A stretch of DNA of 64,000 nt from Thermoproteota archaeon (GTDB lineage: Archaea > Thermoproteota > Thermoprotei > Thermofilales > B9-G17). The stretch spans positions 64,001 to 128,000 of the forward strand of contig JAPDJW010000002.1 of NCBI GenBank assembly GCA_029258885.1, read 5' to 3'. Under the pieces are notes generated by a model. The model was not told the origin of the DNA, searched no databases, and was given only the letters and a program-made list of their open reading frames with translations. Below are positions 1 through 9,568 of this stretch, piece by piece. Positions within the stretch are counted from its first letter, which is position 1; each line of letters opens with the position of its first letter. The position numbers were made by a program, and so were the translations under genes.

Positions 1-1
1 G

Positions 2-406
2 CCCTTTCCAAGCAGATACGATATGCTCAGAGACTTTCATTTAATAACTCCCAGAATATATTCCTCATTTGCCGCTTGGCTTAAAAGCAGATGGGAGATA
101 GCGTTGAGAAGCTTTAAGATTAAGTTCTTTGAAGGCTACTCCGCCTATCCCGAATCGACTTTTATAATTGAATGTTGGCGTGAAGATAAGGTAGCTAGCA
201 TATATTTGTGGCTTAAAGATGAAAGCTATATCCTAGACATGCTATGCTGGCTTCTATGGAAAGCCAAGAATATGGGATTTATGAAAGCATGTATCTTGAT
301 AAACGATCATGTCTATAATTACATTAAAAACAAATTACCTGTCAACATGCTTGGAAATGAAGTAATATTGATGATGAAAATCAAAGAAAAGGGGATATCA
401 CTATAG
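2..406 (+). CDS. Hypothetical protein, 3' part (frame open to the window edge; possibly GNAT-like C-terminus)
   Basis: The frame of ORF 23..406 has no stop back to base 2 (PFPSRYD-MLRDF...); no diagnostic motif visible. Confidence 0.5.
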   Translation, partial: PFPSRYDMLRDFHLITPRIYSSFAAWLKSRWEIALRSFKIKFFEGYSAYPESTFIIECWREDKVASIYLWLKDESYILDMLCWLLWKAKNMGFMKACILINDHVYNYIKNKLPVNMLGNEVILMMKIKEKGISL

Positions 407-1168
407 TTGATGAGATTTTGGATTTATGTGAAATCTCCTATGTAGTCTTCTTAGGAATCTTCTTGTTCTCTCATGTTTCGGGTTATAGAATATCTCGTGC
501 GCGTTTCCCTGCTCAATTATTACTCCATTGTCCATAAAGATTGCTTTATCAGCAACTTCCTCCGCAAAGTCGAGTTCATGGGTTACTATCATCATTGTTA
601 TGCCTCGCTTAGCTATTATCCTAAGAGTCTCTAGAACCTCGTCAACTAGCTCTGGGTCTAGGGCTGAGGTTGGCTCGTCTAGTAGGAGGAGCATTGGATC
701 CATGGCTAATGCTCTGGCTATAGCTGCCCTCTGCTGTTCTCCCCCGCTTATCAATAAGGGATATTTATTGGCTTTATCCTCCAGGCCTACGACTCTCAAC
801 ATCTCCATAGCTTTTTCAACCGCCTTCTCCCTCGGGTACTTTTTAACTATTGTTAGCGGCAACGTTATGTTCTCCAATACCGTTAGATGTGGAAATAGGT
901 TGTAGCTTTGAAATACGAAGCCTATTTTCTGCCTTATGCTCCTTATATCCGTGTTTGGATCATTTACCCTAATATTGTTGAAATATATCTCACCCCTATA
1001 GGGTTTAACAAGTAATGGTATGCTTCTAAGCAACGTGGATTTCCCCGAGCCGCTTGGTCCCATTATAACTACCTTCTCCCCCCTATTTATGCTAAGGTTT
1101 ATTCCCCTCAAGACAGGCGTGCTATCATATTTAACGTGTAAATCTACGATCCTCAGTATTTCGCTCAC
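401..1168 (-). CDS. Polar amino-acid ABC transporter ATP-binding protein (GlnQ-like)
   Basis: Walker A GPSGSGKS, VFQSYNLFPHL, signature ISGGEQQR, Walker B LLLLDEPTSALD, H-loop VTH. Confidence 0.95.
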   Translation of the reverse strand: MSEILRIVDLHVKYDSTPVLRGINLSINRGEKVVIMGPSGSGKSTLLRSIPLLVKPYRGEIYFNNIRVNDPNTDIRSIRQKIGFVFQSYNLFPHLTVLENITLPLTIVKKYPREKAVEKAMEMLRVVGLEDKANKYPLLISGGEQQRAAIARALAMDPMLLLLDEPTSALDPELVDEVLETLRIIAKRGITMMIVTHELDFAEEVADKAIFMDNGVIIEQGNAHEIFYNPKHERTRRFLRRLHRRFHINPKSHQL

Positions 1169-1848
1169 CTCAATCCACCCATATATCCCGGTATACTTAT
1201 CTTAGCCTCAAGGATTTTGGAGAGCTTAGAACAAGCTAAACAAACTATTAAGTAGATTAAAGCTACCGCCATATATACCTCGAACACCCTAAAAGTTGTT
1301 GCAACGAGATATCTTCCCCTCTTAGTCAGCTCCACCAGGCCTATTACGGAAGCTAGTGAACTATCCTTAATTAACGCTACCACCTCATTTACTAGTGCAG
1401 GCACAGCGTTCCTAAGTGCCTGCGGCAGGATAACGTACCTATATATTTGTATTCGACTCATGCCTAGAGATTCAGCTGACATATATTGGCTTTTAGGTAT
1501 AGCATTTATTGAAGCTCTAAGTATCTCAGCTTGGTATGCTGCAGAGTTTAACCCCAAGGCTAGTATACTTGCAGTTAGTGGATCAAACCTTATCCCTAGG
1601 TAGGGTAGGCCAAAATATATTATGAATATCTGAACGAGCAATGGAGTTCCCCTGAAGAACTCTATGTACGATAAGGCGAACATCGACCAGGGTCTATCTA
1701 AAAATACTCTAACCAACGTCAGTATACTGCCTAGAGCCATGCCCAGTATGAAAGCGAGGATACTTACCTCTAGAGTTAATTGGAGGCCAAAAAGTAGGAA
1801 TGGAATGATATTTAGAAAAAAGTTTAAGGTATCAACTAGATAAGTCAA
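1165..1848 (-). CDS. Polar amino-acid ABC transporter permease (GlnP/HisM-like)
   Basis: FRGTPLLVQIF motif, EAA-like loop AYQAEILRASINAIPKSQYMSAESLG, several TM helices; 4-nt overlap with the ATPase gene. Confidence 0.95.
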   Translation of the reverse strand: MTYLVDTLNFFLNIIPFLLFGLQLTLEVSILAFILGMALGSILTLVRVFLDRPWSMFALSYIEFFRGTPLLVQIFIIYFGLPYLGIRFDPLTASILALGLNSAAYQAEILRASINAIPKSQYMSAESLGMSRIQIYRYVILPQALRNAVPALVNEVVALIKDSSLASVIGLVELTKRGRYLVATTFRVFEVYMAVALIYLIVCLACSKLSKILEAKISIPGYMGGLR

Positions 1849-1871
1849 TGCAGTCCACCCTGTTTACAGCC

Positions 1872-2684
1872 CTAGCTCTTTACGCCAATGAACTCCTCAA
1901 CCTCGGCTTCAACTATCTGCTTCAGCTTACCAGTCTCGAGAAGCTCCTTAATAACCTGGTTTACTATAAACTTTAGATCCTCAGCCCCCTGAGGCACAGC
2001 TATTGCCGCATACTCAGTTGTTTCGGGTACCTCTATAGCTATCTTCAGGTCGTTATCCATGCTTACAATTACGTCGGCTACGAACTTACCTATCAGTATT
2101 GCCTTCAACTCGCCCTTCTTAAGCTCCAGAACCATCTCCGGAAATACTCTTTCGTATGAAACTATTGTACAGTTGCCCGCCAACACGCTGTTGGCCCACT
2201 CCTCCTGCGTTGTTCCTGTCTGAACGCCTATCTTCTCGCCGTATAAATCCTCGATAGATTTAACGTCGCTTGAGGACAATGTAACGAATACGAAGTAGTC
2301 TATGAAATACGGCATTGAAAAATCGACCTCGAGTTCACGCTCAGGAGTTATAGCCATGTCAGCTATAATGATATCTATTTGACCTCCTTTGAGGGCTGCT
2401 ATTAGCGAATCAAAGCCCATATCCTTGATTTCAAGCTCTACTCCCATCTTTTTAGCTATCTCTTTAGCAATCTCAATGTCTATGCCAGCGTATCTACCGC
2501 TACTATCAATATACTCGAAAGGCGGCCAGTCAGCCGAGGTGCCGACTATGATTTTACCCCTCTCCTTAATTTTCTCCACTAGAGACTTTTCGCTGGGGCT
2601 TAGGAGTAGATTGTTAACGACTAAAAAAGCTACAATAGCAACCACTATAATACCTAAAATAATCTTTATCTTCATCCGCATCAC
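1872..2684 (-). CDS. Polar amino-acid ABC transporter substrate-binding protein (family 3)
   Basis: N-terminal hydrophobic anchor; GTSADWPPFE, GIDIEIAKEIA, IGVQTGTTQE motifs. Confidence 0.93.
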   Translation of the reverse strand: MMRMKIKIILGIIVVAIVAFLVVNNLLLSPSEKSLVEKIKERGKIIVGTSADWPPFEYIDSSGRYAGIDIEIAKEIAKKMGVELEIKDMGFDSLIAALKGGQIDIIIADMAITPERELEVDFSMPYFIDYFVFVTLSSSDVKSIEDLYGEKIGVQTGTTQEEWANSVLAGNCTIVSYERVFPEMVLELKKGELKAILIGKFVADVIVSMDNDLKIAIEVPETTEYAAIAVPQGAEDLKFIVNQVIKELLETGKLKQIVEAEVEEFIGVKS

Positions 2685-2853
2685 CTCTAAATATTCTCAA
2701 CTTTAAATCAATATCTGCTTAATAAATTTTATCATAATGACTATTTAGTTAAAGCATCATTTAGGAAAGGAGATGGCTTGTTAGACGTTCTAAAGTATTG
2801 GAATATGCATAACAGAGAGTATACCCCAGTTCTTTACAATTGTAAAATATTAA

Positions 2854-3741
2854 CTACTGTCTCCATCCCTCCACCAAGTGTACTCCGTTACAGGTGACAT
2901 CCCTATCGTGAAGCTCCGGAAAACCCTCCCTACAAGTTGCGAAAGTTAATCCGTATTCGTGTGCAATCTCTCTTACCGTCTTAAGAATCCGCCTCCTAAT
3001 CTTCCTGGGGAGATATAATGCACCATGTATCCTTTCGCCCTCCTCAATGTACAGCGTTTTATACTTATCCCTTAACTCGGGAAACATCGCCAGTACTCTC
3101 CTTAAGCTATCGGGCTTAGCCTTATAAGTTGAAGTAACTACGTGTTTCACTCCAGCCCCCGCAGCCTCCTCTATAACTCTTCTAATTGAATCTATGTTGT
3201 CGTTTAGCCCGGGCAGTATTGGATCAAGCCTCAACACTGTTGGTACACCTGCACCGCCTACGGCTTTTAATGCCTTTATCCTCTCTATAGGTTTAGGTGC
3301 GTTTGGCTCGAGCCTCTCCGCCACCTTTAAGTCCATAGTTGTTATAGTCATTTGAACAAGGGATTTACTCTTTGAAATTATATCTAGGTCTCTGACTACA
3401 AGGCTTGACTTAGTTACTATCTCAAGTATGTAGTCTTTAACTAGTATTGCTAGTAGCCTCCTTGTGAGCATTAATCTATCTTCGGGCGGTGTATATGGAT
3501 CGCTACTAGATGACACGTTTATTATCGACCCTTTAGGTATCCTCCTTAAGTCCCTTTCAGCCCTAGCTATTAAATCCCTTTTTGGTCTAGGGTTAAATGC
3601 ATCCTTAATATAGGCGGTTATATAGCAGTATATACAGCGATGCCCGCATCCAGTATACGGGTTAACAGTATACTTAAATGGACACGTGCATAAGCTGCCA
3701 GTTCTCCATGGATCAAACGGTCTAATTACCTGTAAGCTCAT
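2854..3741 (-). CDS. Radical SAM protein, SplB/spore-photoproduct-lyase-like family
   Basis: NPYTGCGHRCIYCY (CX3CX2C), SDPYTPPE, TKS, RLEPNAP motifs typical of COG1533-like proteins. Confidence 0.85.
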   Translation of the reverse strand: MSLQVIRPFDPWRTGSLCTCPFKYTVNPYTGCGHRCIYCYITAYIKDAFNPRPKRDLIARAERDLRRIPKGSIINVSSSSDPYTPPEDRLMLTRRLLAILVKDYILEIVTKSSLVVRDLDIISKSKSLVQMTITTMDLKVAERLEPNAPKPIERIKALKAVGGAGVPTVLRLDPILPGLNDNIDSIRRVIEEAAGAGVKHVVTSTYKAKPDSLRRVLAMFPELRDKYKTLYIEEGERIHGALYLPRKIRRRILKTVREIAHEYGLTFATCREGFPELHDRDVTCNGVHLVEGWRQ

Positions 3742-3773
3742 ATGCTGTTATAAATAAAAATTGGATTATTATT

Positions 3774-4409
3774 CTAATCGCTGAAGTCTATATCTATATC
3801 CACGTCCCAGTCTATTTCTTCACGTTTCTGCATAGCTCCTAGCGCTCTTTTCAGTTCATCCGTTATGATTTTACAGTAGGCTCCTCTATATCTGTAGTAT
3901 TGTATATAGAGGTTTCTCAGCCAATTCGCCTGCTGACTGTAAAGGTATATGTTCTGGCAGACTGGCTTTGAAGCTTTATTTTGATAGAATAATCCCCTAT
4001 TAGCTAGGTCATATACAAATATTCTTGAAATCATGTACTTAGTTGGATGCTCCACCTCTATGTTTCTTACTAGTGCATCGTACATGGTGATCCATCTACC
4101 AGGGTATAGCCTCCCAATCTTATATGATAGATAACCGTATCTTCTCGGATCAAAGTTCTTCTGTTTAACGACGGCTAAGGTATTTCTCTTAAATATCCTG
4201 CCTCTCTTCGTAGGTACTACCCTTATAACTCCTCTATGCTCCATATAGGCGAAGGTTGAAACAGCCATGGCTTCAAGCATCTTATCATGTTTAATCTTAA
4301 TTCCACTGCAGGGTGACTTAAAACCGCCAATGGACGCTTTCTGAGCAAAAAACTCAGGGAACAAAAACACTAGGCCAGCCGGAGATAGAGTTAATCCCAT
4401 TATATTCAA
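3774..4409 (-). CDS. Hypothetical protein, tandem paralog 1
   Basis: 211-aa ORF sharing LSPAGLV, GF..PC, STxAY, YDLA..GLFY, QA.WLR with 4550..5140. Confidence 0.8.
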   Translation of the reverse strand: MNIMGLTLSPAGLVFLFPEFFAQKASIGGFKSPCSGIKIKHDKMLEAMAVSTFAYMEHRGVIRVVPTKRGRIFKRNTLAVVKQKNFDPRRYGYLSYKIGRLYPGRWITMYDALVRNIEVEHPTKYMISRIFVYDLANRGLFYQNKASKPVCQNIYLYSQQANWLRNLYIQYYRYRGAYCKIITDELKRALGAMQKREEIDWDVDIDIDFSD

Positions 4410-4549
4410 CTCAGGAGAAAGTTGATATTAGATCTATAAAAACTTATTGCATGAGAAAGATGTTGTAAGCATCAAAGATAATAAAAAATAATTTGTTTTC
4501 GATAGTAGGCTTAATATCTGTTACGTTTTAACTCTAAATAGATCCGCAT

Positions 4550-5140
4550 CTATCTTAGAAAAGCAGGTAATTTCTCCATATTTTTCACTACCTGCTTTAC
4601 CTCTTTTACTACTACTTTACATTCCTCATCCTTCTCTTCCATATATGATGTTAATAGCTTCCTTAACCATAGTGCTTGCTCTTTAAATGATTTTATTAAC
4701 TTGCATTTAGGCAAATCTGGGGAATCCCTGTAAAATAATCCTTTCCCAGCAAGGTCGTATTCGAATACGCTTGTTACGAAGTATCTTTTTGCATCGTGAA
4801 CCTTAACTTTTTCATAGAGTGAACTGTATACGGATATCTGCTTATTTATCGGTATTTTCCATATTTTTCTTGTTAAAAAACCGTATTCATTAGGATTAAA
4901 ACCTGATTTTTTAAGTATATACGCTTTTTTACCTCTAAATGTCCTTTTTGATACAACCAGTTCCGCTACTGAGTTATATTCCAGATATGCATAGGTAGAT
5001 AGTATCATAGATTCCAGAAGCTCGTTATAGTTTACTCTAACCGAAAAGCATGGATATATAAAGCCATTAAAGTTGAGTCTTTGTGAAAAATATATAGGAT
5101 ATATGTACACTAAACCCGCAGGAGATAATTTTAGTTTCAT
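4550..5140 (-). CDS. Hypothetical protein, tandem paralog 2
   Basis: 196-aa ORF colinear with 3774..4409 over its whole length. Confidence 0.8.
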   Translation of the reverse strand: MKLKLSPAGLVYIYPIYFSQRLNFNGFIYPCFSVRVNYNELLESMILSTYAYLEYNSVAELVVSKRTFRGKKAYILKKSGFNPNEYGFLTRKIWKIPINKQISVYSSLYEKVKVHDAKRYFVTSVFEYDLAGKGLFYRDSPDLPKCKLIKSFKEQALWLRKLLTSYMEEKDEECKVVVKEVKQVVKNMEKLPAFLR

Positions 5141-5410
5141 TCTACCAGCTCATTGTATTTTAACAACATACACATCTAATATATAAATTTATTCCTTAAA
5201 ATGATTACCTTAAGTAGTTTTCCAATTGAATATTTGCAAGGTGAAATAAAAATTCTTCTTTCAAATATCGCTTAGATAATTCCTAGTTATTAATTATAAC
5301 TAAGCGTTATTCATATAACTAATACATTACTGCGCTTTAATTTGTAAATATATTCCTGGCACAGAAGTAAGCTAGAATAGGTTTAATATTTCAGAGAGCA
5401 CTAAGTTACA

Positions 5411-6487
5411 TTGATGAAGAATAGATTAATTGATTTACCTAATGTTAGGCTTACGCCTCTTCAGGAGAGGCTTAGAGAGGATAAGACTAGGTGTCTTGTT
5501 TGTGAAAGACGTTGTGTGGTTGATAGTGGTTATTACGGCTTCTGTGGCACTAAGGTTAATATCGATGGTAAACTTTACACAATAGTTTATGGCGATCTTT
5601 CGGCGCTTGAGTCTAGGCCTATTGAAATTAAGCCTTTTTTCCACTTTTGGCCTGGCTCTACTGCCCTCACATTTAGCACTTGGTCGTGTAATTTTACTTG
5701 TCCTTGGTGTCAGAACTGGCATTTATCTAGAGTTAAACCCGATCCCTTTAATGCCAACTATGTTCCTCCCGAGAAGATTGTTGAGAAGGCTTTAGGTAGG
5801 GATGAGGGTACATGCGTCTCCTTCAATGAGCCCCTACTATTGTTTGAATACTCTCTCGATGTGTTTAGGCTTGCTAGGAGTAAGGGGCTCTATAACACTT
5901 ATGTTAGCAACGGCTATATGACACTTGAAGCGCTACGCATGCTAAAGGATGCTGGTCTGGATGGTCTTAAGATAGATGTTAAGGGTGGTCGGGAGGAGTA
6001 TATCAAGTATAACTCCGCTAACGTTGATGTTGTCTGGAGGAATGCTAGGGAGGCTCTCAGAATGGGTATTCACGTTGAAATAGTGTATTTAATGGTTACT
6101 AATGCCACCGATAGAGAGGAGGTTGTTGTTGAGACTATTGAACGCCATTTAAGTGAACTAGGACCCGAGACTCCGATACACTTCACCAGATATTATCCCG
6201 CATATAGGTTCCATGAGCCTCCGACTAGTGTTGATAAGCTTGAGTGGGCCTATGAGACGGCTAGAAAAATGGGGGTGTATTATCCATATATTGGTAATGT
6301 CCCGGGGCATAGGTACGAGAATACCTACTGCCCTGAATGCGGCGAGGTTTTGATAAAGAGGTATGGTATGTGGGTTACTAAATACAGAATTACTGAGGAT
6401 AAAAAGTGTCCTAGGTGCGGCTTCAGGATAAACATAAGGGGAAAGTATGTAAAAAAGTCTAAATTGAGAATATTTTTTGGATTTTAG
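5411..6487 (+). CDS. amrS: AmmeMemoRadiSam system radical SAM enzyme (PFL-activase-like)
   Basis: N-terminal CLVCERRC..GFCG, RPIEIKPFFHFWPG, CNFTCPWCQNW (CX3CX2C), NEP, C-terminal CPECG..CPRCG. Confidence 0.9.
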   Translation: MMKNRLIDLPNVRLTPLQERLREDKTRCLVCERRCVVDSGYYGFCGTKVNIDGKLYTIVYGDLSALESRPIEIKPFFHFWPGSTALTFSTWSCNFTCPWCQNWHLSRVKPDPFNANYVPPEKIVEKALGRDEGTCVSFNEPLLLFEYSLDVFRLARSKGLYNTYVSNGYMTLEALRMLKDAGLDGLKIDVKGGREEYIKYNSANVDVVWRNAREALRMGIHVEIVYLMVTNATDREEVVVETIERHLSELGPETPIHFTRYYPAYRFHEPPTSVDKLEWAYETARKMGVYYPYIGNVPGHRYENTYCPECGEVLIKRYGMWVTKYRITEDKKCPRCGFRINIRGKYVKKSKLRIFFGF

Positions 6488-8391
6488 GGTGGCGGTGGCG
6501 GCGGAGGAATATATACCCTCTCTTTCGGCTTCCTCGACTTAGCGATTACCACTATTAAAAGTATTATGACTATTACTGCTACTCCAGCTAGCACAACCAT
6601 CATGTTTAGCTCTTGCTCCCACACGGCTGTTAATGTTACTGGCTGATTTACGGTGAAGGTGTAGGTTGAGGATGTAGATACTATATTTCCGCTCTGATCC
6701 CTCCATCCCTTAAATACTTTATTAAACGGTATTCCCTCAACCTTAGTAGTAGATATAGATACTGTGGCGGTTGACCCCTTATCGTACCATCCCGTGCCCG
6801 TAGGCGTTCCATATTCCGATATGACCTGGACATAGTATCTCGTCTTCCACTCTGCAGTAAACTCGTAGGGCTGGTTTACGGTAAACGTATAGGTCGGCGT
6901 AGTCGATACAGTTACTCCTCCACTCTTCCATCCCAGGAATATCCTTTTAGTATAGTTTCCCTGGTCTACGGTAGTTGATGAAACGCTTATTGTCGCTGTA
7001 GATCCCTCATCATACCATCCCTCTCCAGAAGTTGTCCCGTAGGGTGATGTTACTCTGACGTAAAACTGTCTTGTATATTCCGCCGTTAATTCTAGGTCGT
7101 CTTCAAGCTCGATAGTTCTTGTAGCGTCAGTTTCCCCGTCACTCCACTCGTTAAACACATACCTTTCATCATCTAAGGATAATATTTCGGGAACTTTAAC
7201 TTGACAGGAACCCTCAATTAGGTTGAAGGCTACCTTCTTACCAGTTTTATTTATTCCGCCCGCCATACACCAAAAGTCCTTTGTAGGCAGATTTACTGTT
7301 AAATTATGTGAAATATCCATACAGAGTACGAAGATTTTACTTGTATCAATGCTTCCGACAACATACAGTTTTTTGAGACAATACGCTATCCCGTAACCCC
7401 TCTCAGAGCTACTTGTACCCCATGTAAAGTACCACTTTAAGTCTCCATCTAAAGTATACCTCAACAACAGGACGTCGAAGCTACCTGCCCCATAGGATGA
7501 TGTACAGCCAGCTACATATATGCTATCACCACACCTAACTATGTCCATGCCGTAGTCATCGCCTGATCCACCCCACTTCCTCATCCACTTGAGATTGCCG
7601 TCTAAATCGCAGGCTAATACTATTACATCATCGCCTTCATATCCTACAATGTATATGCTGGATCTGTCCACGTATATCCCTTCTCCAATCTCGTTTCCGG
7701 CTCCGCCGTAGGTTTTATTCCATATCATGTTACCATTCATATCATACTTTACCAGTAGTATATCATAGCCTCCATTCCCATAGCTATTCGTGCATCCAAC
7801 CACGTAGATATAGTTGCCGCTACAGGCTACATCGGAGAATAGATCTGCGTAATCTCCTTTCCATTTCACATCGACCAGCACGTTACCACTATGATCGCAT
7901 ATTATAAGCCAGCCATCGTAGGCCAAAAAGATGCCCGATGCCCCCACGGCTATAACCCTATCCCTAGTAACACAGATACCATAACCGTATCCATAGCTCT
8001 TAGATACGCTCCACAATATTTTCCCCTCGTAATCAATTTTCATTATTAAAAATTTCGGCATGTATCCTAGGATAATATCCTTAACCGACGTTCTGCCCAC
8101 CATGTATATGTAGTCTCCTGTAGCATATACGTCGTTAAAGACATCGGGCCCCTTCTGTTCATATATCATTGTGAGAAACATTTTTCCATTTAATTCCAGC
8201 CCTAAGAGGTAGGCAGTATCACTGCTTGTTCCTACAACAAATATTTTGTTACGTACAAATAATCCATATGCGGCATTTAATCCCGGAAATATCATGTAGT
8301 TTTTATGCCATTCCACCGTAGGTAGAGCATTGACATACACCATACTAATAGCTATTAAGAAAACTAATGATAGTATACCTGCTTTCATCAT
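6484..8391 (-). CDS. Secreted, C-terminally anchored surface protein: beta-propeller repeats plus two small beta-repeat domains
   Basis: Signal peptide; repeats YGGAGNE/WGGSGDD/WGTSSSE and SYG.G.YD..L..YD..G...W; two YV.V.S.YG...G.GWYD.GSTAT repeats; C-terminal TM helix then PPPPPPP. Confidence 0.8.
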   Translation of the reverse strand: MMKAGILSLVFLIAISMVYVNALPTVEWHKNYMIFPGLNAAYGLFVRNKIFVVGTSSDTAYLLGLELNGKMFLTMIYEQKGPDVFNDVYATGDYIYMVGRTSVKDIILGYMPKFLIMKIDYEGKILWSVSKSYGYGYGICVTRDRVIAVGASGIFLAYDGWLIICDHSGNVLVDVKWKGDYADLFSDVACSGNYIYVVGCTNSYGNGGYDILLVKYDMNGNMIWNKTYGGAGNEIGEGIYVDRSSIYIVGYEGDDVIVLACDLDGNLKWMRKWGGSGDDYGMDIVRCGDSIYVAGCTSSYGAGSFDVLLLRYTLDGDLKWYFTWGTSSSERGYGIAYCLKKLYVVGSIDTSKIFVLCMDISHNLTVNLPTKDFWCMAGGINKTGKKVAFNLIEGSCQVKVPEILSLDDERYVFNEWSDGETDATRTIELEDDLELTAEYTRQFYVRVTSPYGTTSGEGWYDEGSTATISVSSTTVDQGNYTKRIFLGWKSGGVTVSTTPTYTFTVNQPYEFTAEWKTRYYVQVISEYGTPTGTGWYDKGSTATVSISTTKVEGIPFNKVFKGWRDQSGNIVSTSSTYTFTVNQPVTLTAVWEQELNMMVVLAGVAVIVIILLIVVIAKSRKPKERVYIPPPPPPP

Positions 8392-8500
8392 TCCCTACCT
8401 AAAACATTTCTAATACTACGTGGAAATGGATGGCGTGTAGTATATTATAGATAAGATTAATATATTTTCTTAGGTGGATTAATAACAGTGATGTAAACCT

Positions 8501-9568
8501 CTAGAATTTTACATATATTACGGCCTTATCGGTCTCTATATCCTCTAAGTAACAGCCCCAACCTCCAACAGAGAAACGTCTTCCATCATCTGTCTCGATT
8601 ATCAAGCTATACTTTAAACCATTCTCAGAAATTAATACATCTTTTATTTCACCAGTAATATCCACATGCCTCTTATTAACCACATACCTGCCTACTATTC
8701 TGGCCTTTACATTTACCCCCATACTTAGGAGCTCCTTCACGTCTTCAACCAACCTCCAGAAATGTACATACCTTAAAGGCCTTGAGAATATGCTTTTTTT
8801 ATCAAATGCCTTAAGCTCTGATATATTCCATAGTGCTAGATGATAGAAGTCATTTAATAGCCTGAGGAGATTTTCATCTTCTATTATTAGGGCATAATCC
8901 ATGTTTACCTTAGATTCTGGACTCAGCTCTGGCGGTATAAAGTAGCTGAAACCCTTCTTCCTATCAATTAGTAACACTGTTACTGTAACTATTTTTCTAA
9001 CCTTAACTTTTGAGAAGGCTCTGCTTATGTTAACTAAATATTCAACTAGCTTCGGGTCGGTCTGATATATTACTAGCGATATGTTTACTCCTTTATTTGC
9101 AACTGCTACTATCTTATCCATAACCTTTGATAGAATATAATCGGTGGTTGCTATAGCTAAGCCGTAGGAAGCCTCATTAAATAGGCTACACATCCTTGAA
9201 ATAATGTTCCTTCTCCCCCTAACAGTCCACACAACCCCCGTCGCCTCAGGCTCTCCACTAACTCTTATCTCCTTAATCATTTCTAGAGTCTCCGCTAGCG
9301 TTGTTTCATACTGTTTAATTAGACTTTTTAAGCCTCTATTTGGATCTGTTATTCTATAGACTTTAGGCCTGCTTTCTTGGGATTCTATTAGACCCTTTTC
9401 CTCAAGACCCCTTAATATATCATAGATCTTAGATAATGGTATTCCCGCCTCCTTAGCTATTCTTGATGCCACAGCTGTGCCTAGCCTCGCTAACGCAATA
9501 TATGCTCTTGCTTCAACTTTCTTTAATCCTAGTTTAACCAAATTTTCCTCGATCTTCCTAGTGGTCAT
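8501..9568 (-). CDS. TrmB-family transcriptional regulator with C-terminal sugar-sensing domain
   Basis: N-terminal wHTH LVKLGLKKVEARAYIAL..IAKEAGIPLSKIYDILRGLEEKGLI; C-terminal SVGGWGCYLEDIE typical of full-length TrmB. Confidence 0.9.
   Translation of the reverse strand: MTTRKIEENLVKLGLKKVEARAYIALARLGTAVASRIAKEAGIPLSKIYDILRGLEEKGLIESQESRPKVYRITDPNRGLKSLIKQYETTLAETLEMIKEIRVSGEPEATGVVWTVRGRRNIISRMCSLFNEASYGLAIATTDYILSKVMDKIVAVANKGVNISLVIYQTDPKLVEYLVNISRAFSKVKVRKIVTVTVLLIDRKKGFSYFIPPELSPESKVNMDYALIIEDENLLRLLNDFYHLALWNISELKAFDKKSIFSRPLRYVHFWRLVEDVKELLSMGVNVKARIVGRYVVNKRHVDITGEIKDVLISENGLKYSLIIETDDGRRFSVGGWGCYLEDIETDKAVIYVKF

Noticed and set aside
401-1168. GlnQ-like ATPase as the missing motor for the M28-FtsX permease
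   Set aside because: It is a polar-amino-acid-type ATPase translationally coupled to its own permease and binding protein, 17 kb away
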